A DNA stretch of 64,000 nt from Vicinamibacterales bacterium (GTDB lineage: Bacteria; Acidobacteriota; Vicinamibacteria; Vicinamibacterales; SCN-69-37): positions 59,185-123,184 of the forward strand of contig JBBQDM010000008.1 in assembly GCA_038319675.1 (NCBI GenBank). The letters are read 5' to 3'. The position numbers were made by a program, and so were the translations under genes. Below are positions 63,514 through 64,000 of this stretch, piece by piece; within the stretch, counting starts at the first letter, position 1; each line of letters opens with the position of its first letter. Below the pieces are notes generated by a model. The model was given only the letters and a program-made list of their open reading frames with translations, had not been told where the DNA came from and did not search any database.

Positions 63514-63993
63514 CTAACCATCGAAAGCCGAGCTACCGGACGAACCAGAATCCCACCGCCCAAGGATCGCCTGAATCGAATTGGGATGGTACGCTGGAGC
63601 GGAGGCAGGTTCGGATTTCTTGGCGCGCTCCTTTTCTTGGCGCTCTCGTATCAAACGTTCCTGCTCCTCTTGAGCCTTCTGCAGTCGTTCCTTCCCCATA
63701 GCCCAGGCTTCCTCGGCGACCGCTTCGGGAGTTCGAATACTGTCATTAGAATGGCCGCCCCCAGAGATGAAGGCGCGTTTCGCGATGATGGAAAGAGGAA
63801 AAGACGGCTCAACAACAACGTCTTTTCCGGTGGCGATCCGGTTCGAACTCAGGCGCAGGACCATTTCGCGCTTCGAAACGGAATCTGCCATTTCATAGCC
63901 CTGCTGAGCCACAAAAGCCAGTTCGAACCTGTTCGTGAGGAAAGTCGCCAATTCCACGTTGGGATCGACCTGGGAAGCTAGAGAATCTTCCAA
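63514..63993 (-). CDS. Gene of unknown function carrying the same repeat-encoded C-terminal tail; probably continues beyond the window
   Basis: The last ~80 aa (GGGHSNDSIRTPE...PAYHPNSIQAILGRW...) match the recombinase tails. The upstream part is unrelated to recombinases, and no stop lies upstream before the window end. Confidence 0.6.
   Translation of the reverse strand: MEDSLASQVDPNVELATFLTNRFELAFVAQQGYEMADSVSKREMVLRLSSNRIATGKDVVVEPSFPLSIIAKRAFISGGGHSNDSIRTPEAVAEEAWAMGKERLQKAQEEQERLIRERQEKERAKKSEPASAPAYHPNSIQAILGRWDSGSSGSSAFDG
63563..63759 (-). repeat. 197-bp direct repeat, copy 3 of 3
   Basis: See copy 1. Confidence 0.9.
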
Positions 63994-64000
63994 GGACCGT

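Noticed and set aside
1-64000. A search for CRISPR arrays, rRNA genes, intact tRNAs, and tyrosine integrases or prophage structural genes.
   Set aside because: I saw no regularly spaced short repeats, no rRNA-like conserved stretches, no complete cloverleaf and no integrase or capsid-like translations. A by-eye scan cannot exclude small ncRNAs.

Overview
High-GC bacterial chromosomal segment. The lineage is probably Acidobacteriota, inferred only from three roughly 750-800 aa duplicated-FtsX ADOP-type orphan permeases. The window looks like an accessory mosaic rather than core genome. I found no rRNA, no intact tRNA and no CRISPR array.

Main content, left to right:
1. The tail of a ubiquitin-like conjugation module (an E1 running off the left edge, plus a JAB), followed by a HEPN-motif protein and a GHKL-ATPase/PD-(D/E)xK-like protein.
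2. Four paralogous modules, each combining small secreted Cys-rich peptide gene(s), a thiol-disulfide oxidoreductase (DsbA- or TlpA-like) and a permease. The permease is ADOP-type in three of them. In three modules a perfect 12-14 bp hairpin follows the peptide gene. One module sits between divergent sigma-54 promoters beside an NtrC-type two-component system.
3. Three diverged double-HTH (XRE) genes that share an identical 24-nt box at their 5' ends. One box abuts a truncated DDE transposase remnant and one lies near a tRNA-Thr 3' fragment.
4. An unannotatable minus-strand block holding a membrane protein plus a 1011-aa TraD/HerA-like ATPase with a nuclease-like tail, and an operon with a YqcI/YcgG protein, a GAMT-like methyltransferase, a PD-(D/E)xK-tailed protein and an S51 peptidase-like protein.
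5. A right-hand defence islet built as tandem cassettes, each a serine recombinase plus a defence system. Cargoes are Gabija (GajA/GajB) and a type II-short CBASS (HNH-SAVED, CD-NTase, E2-only). The cassettes are delimited by three indel-free 197-bp direct repeats.

All calls rest on reading the ORF translations and the DNA by eye. No database search was possible, so family names are motif-level recognitions and several start codons are approximate.
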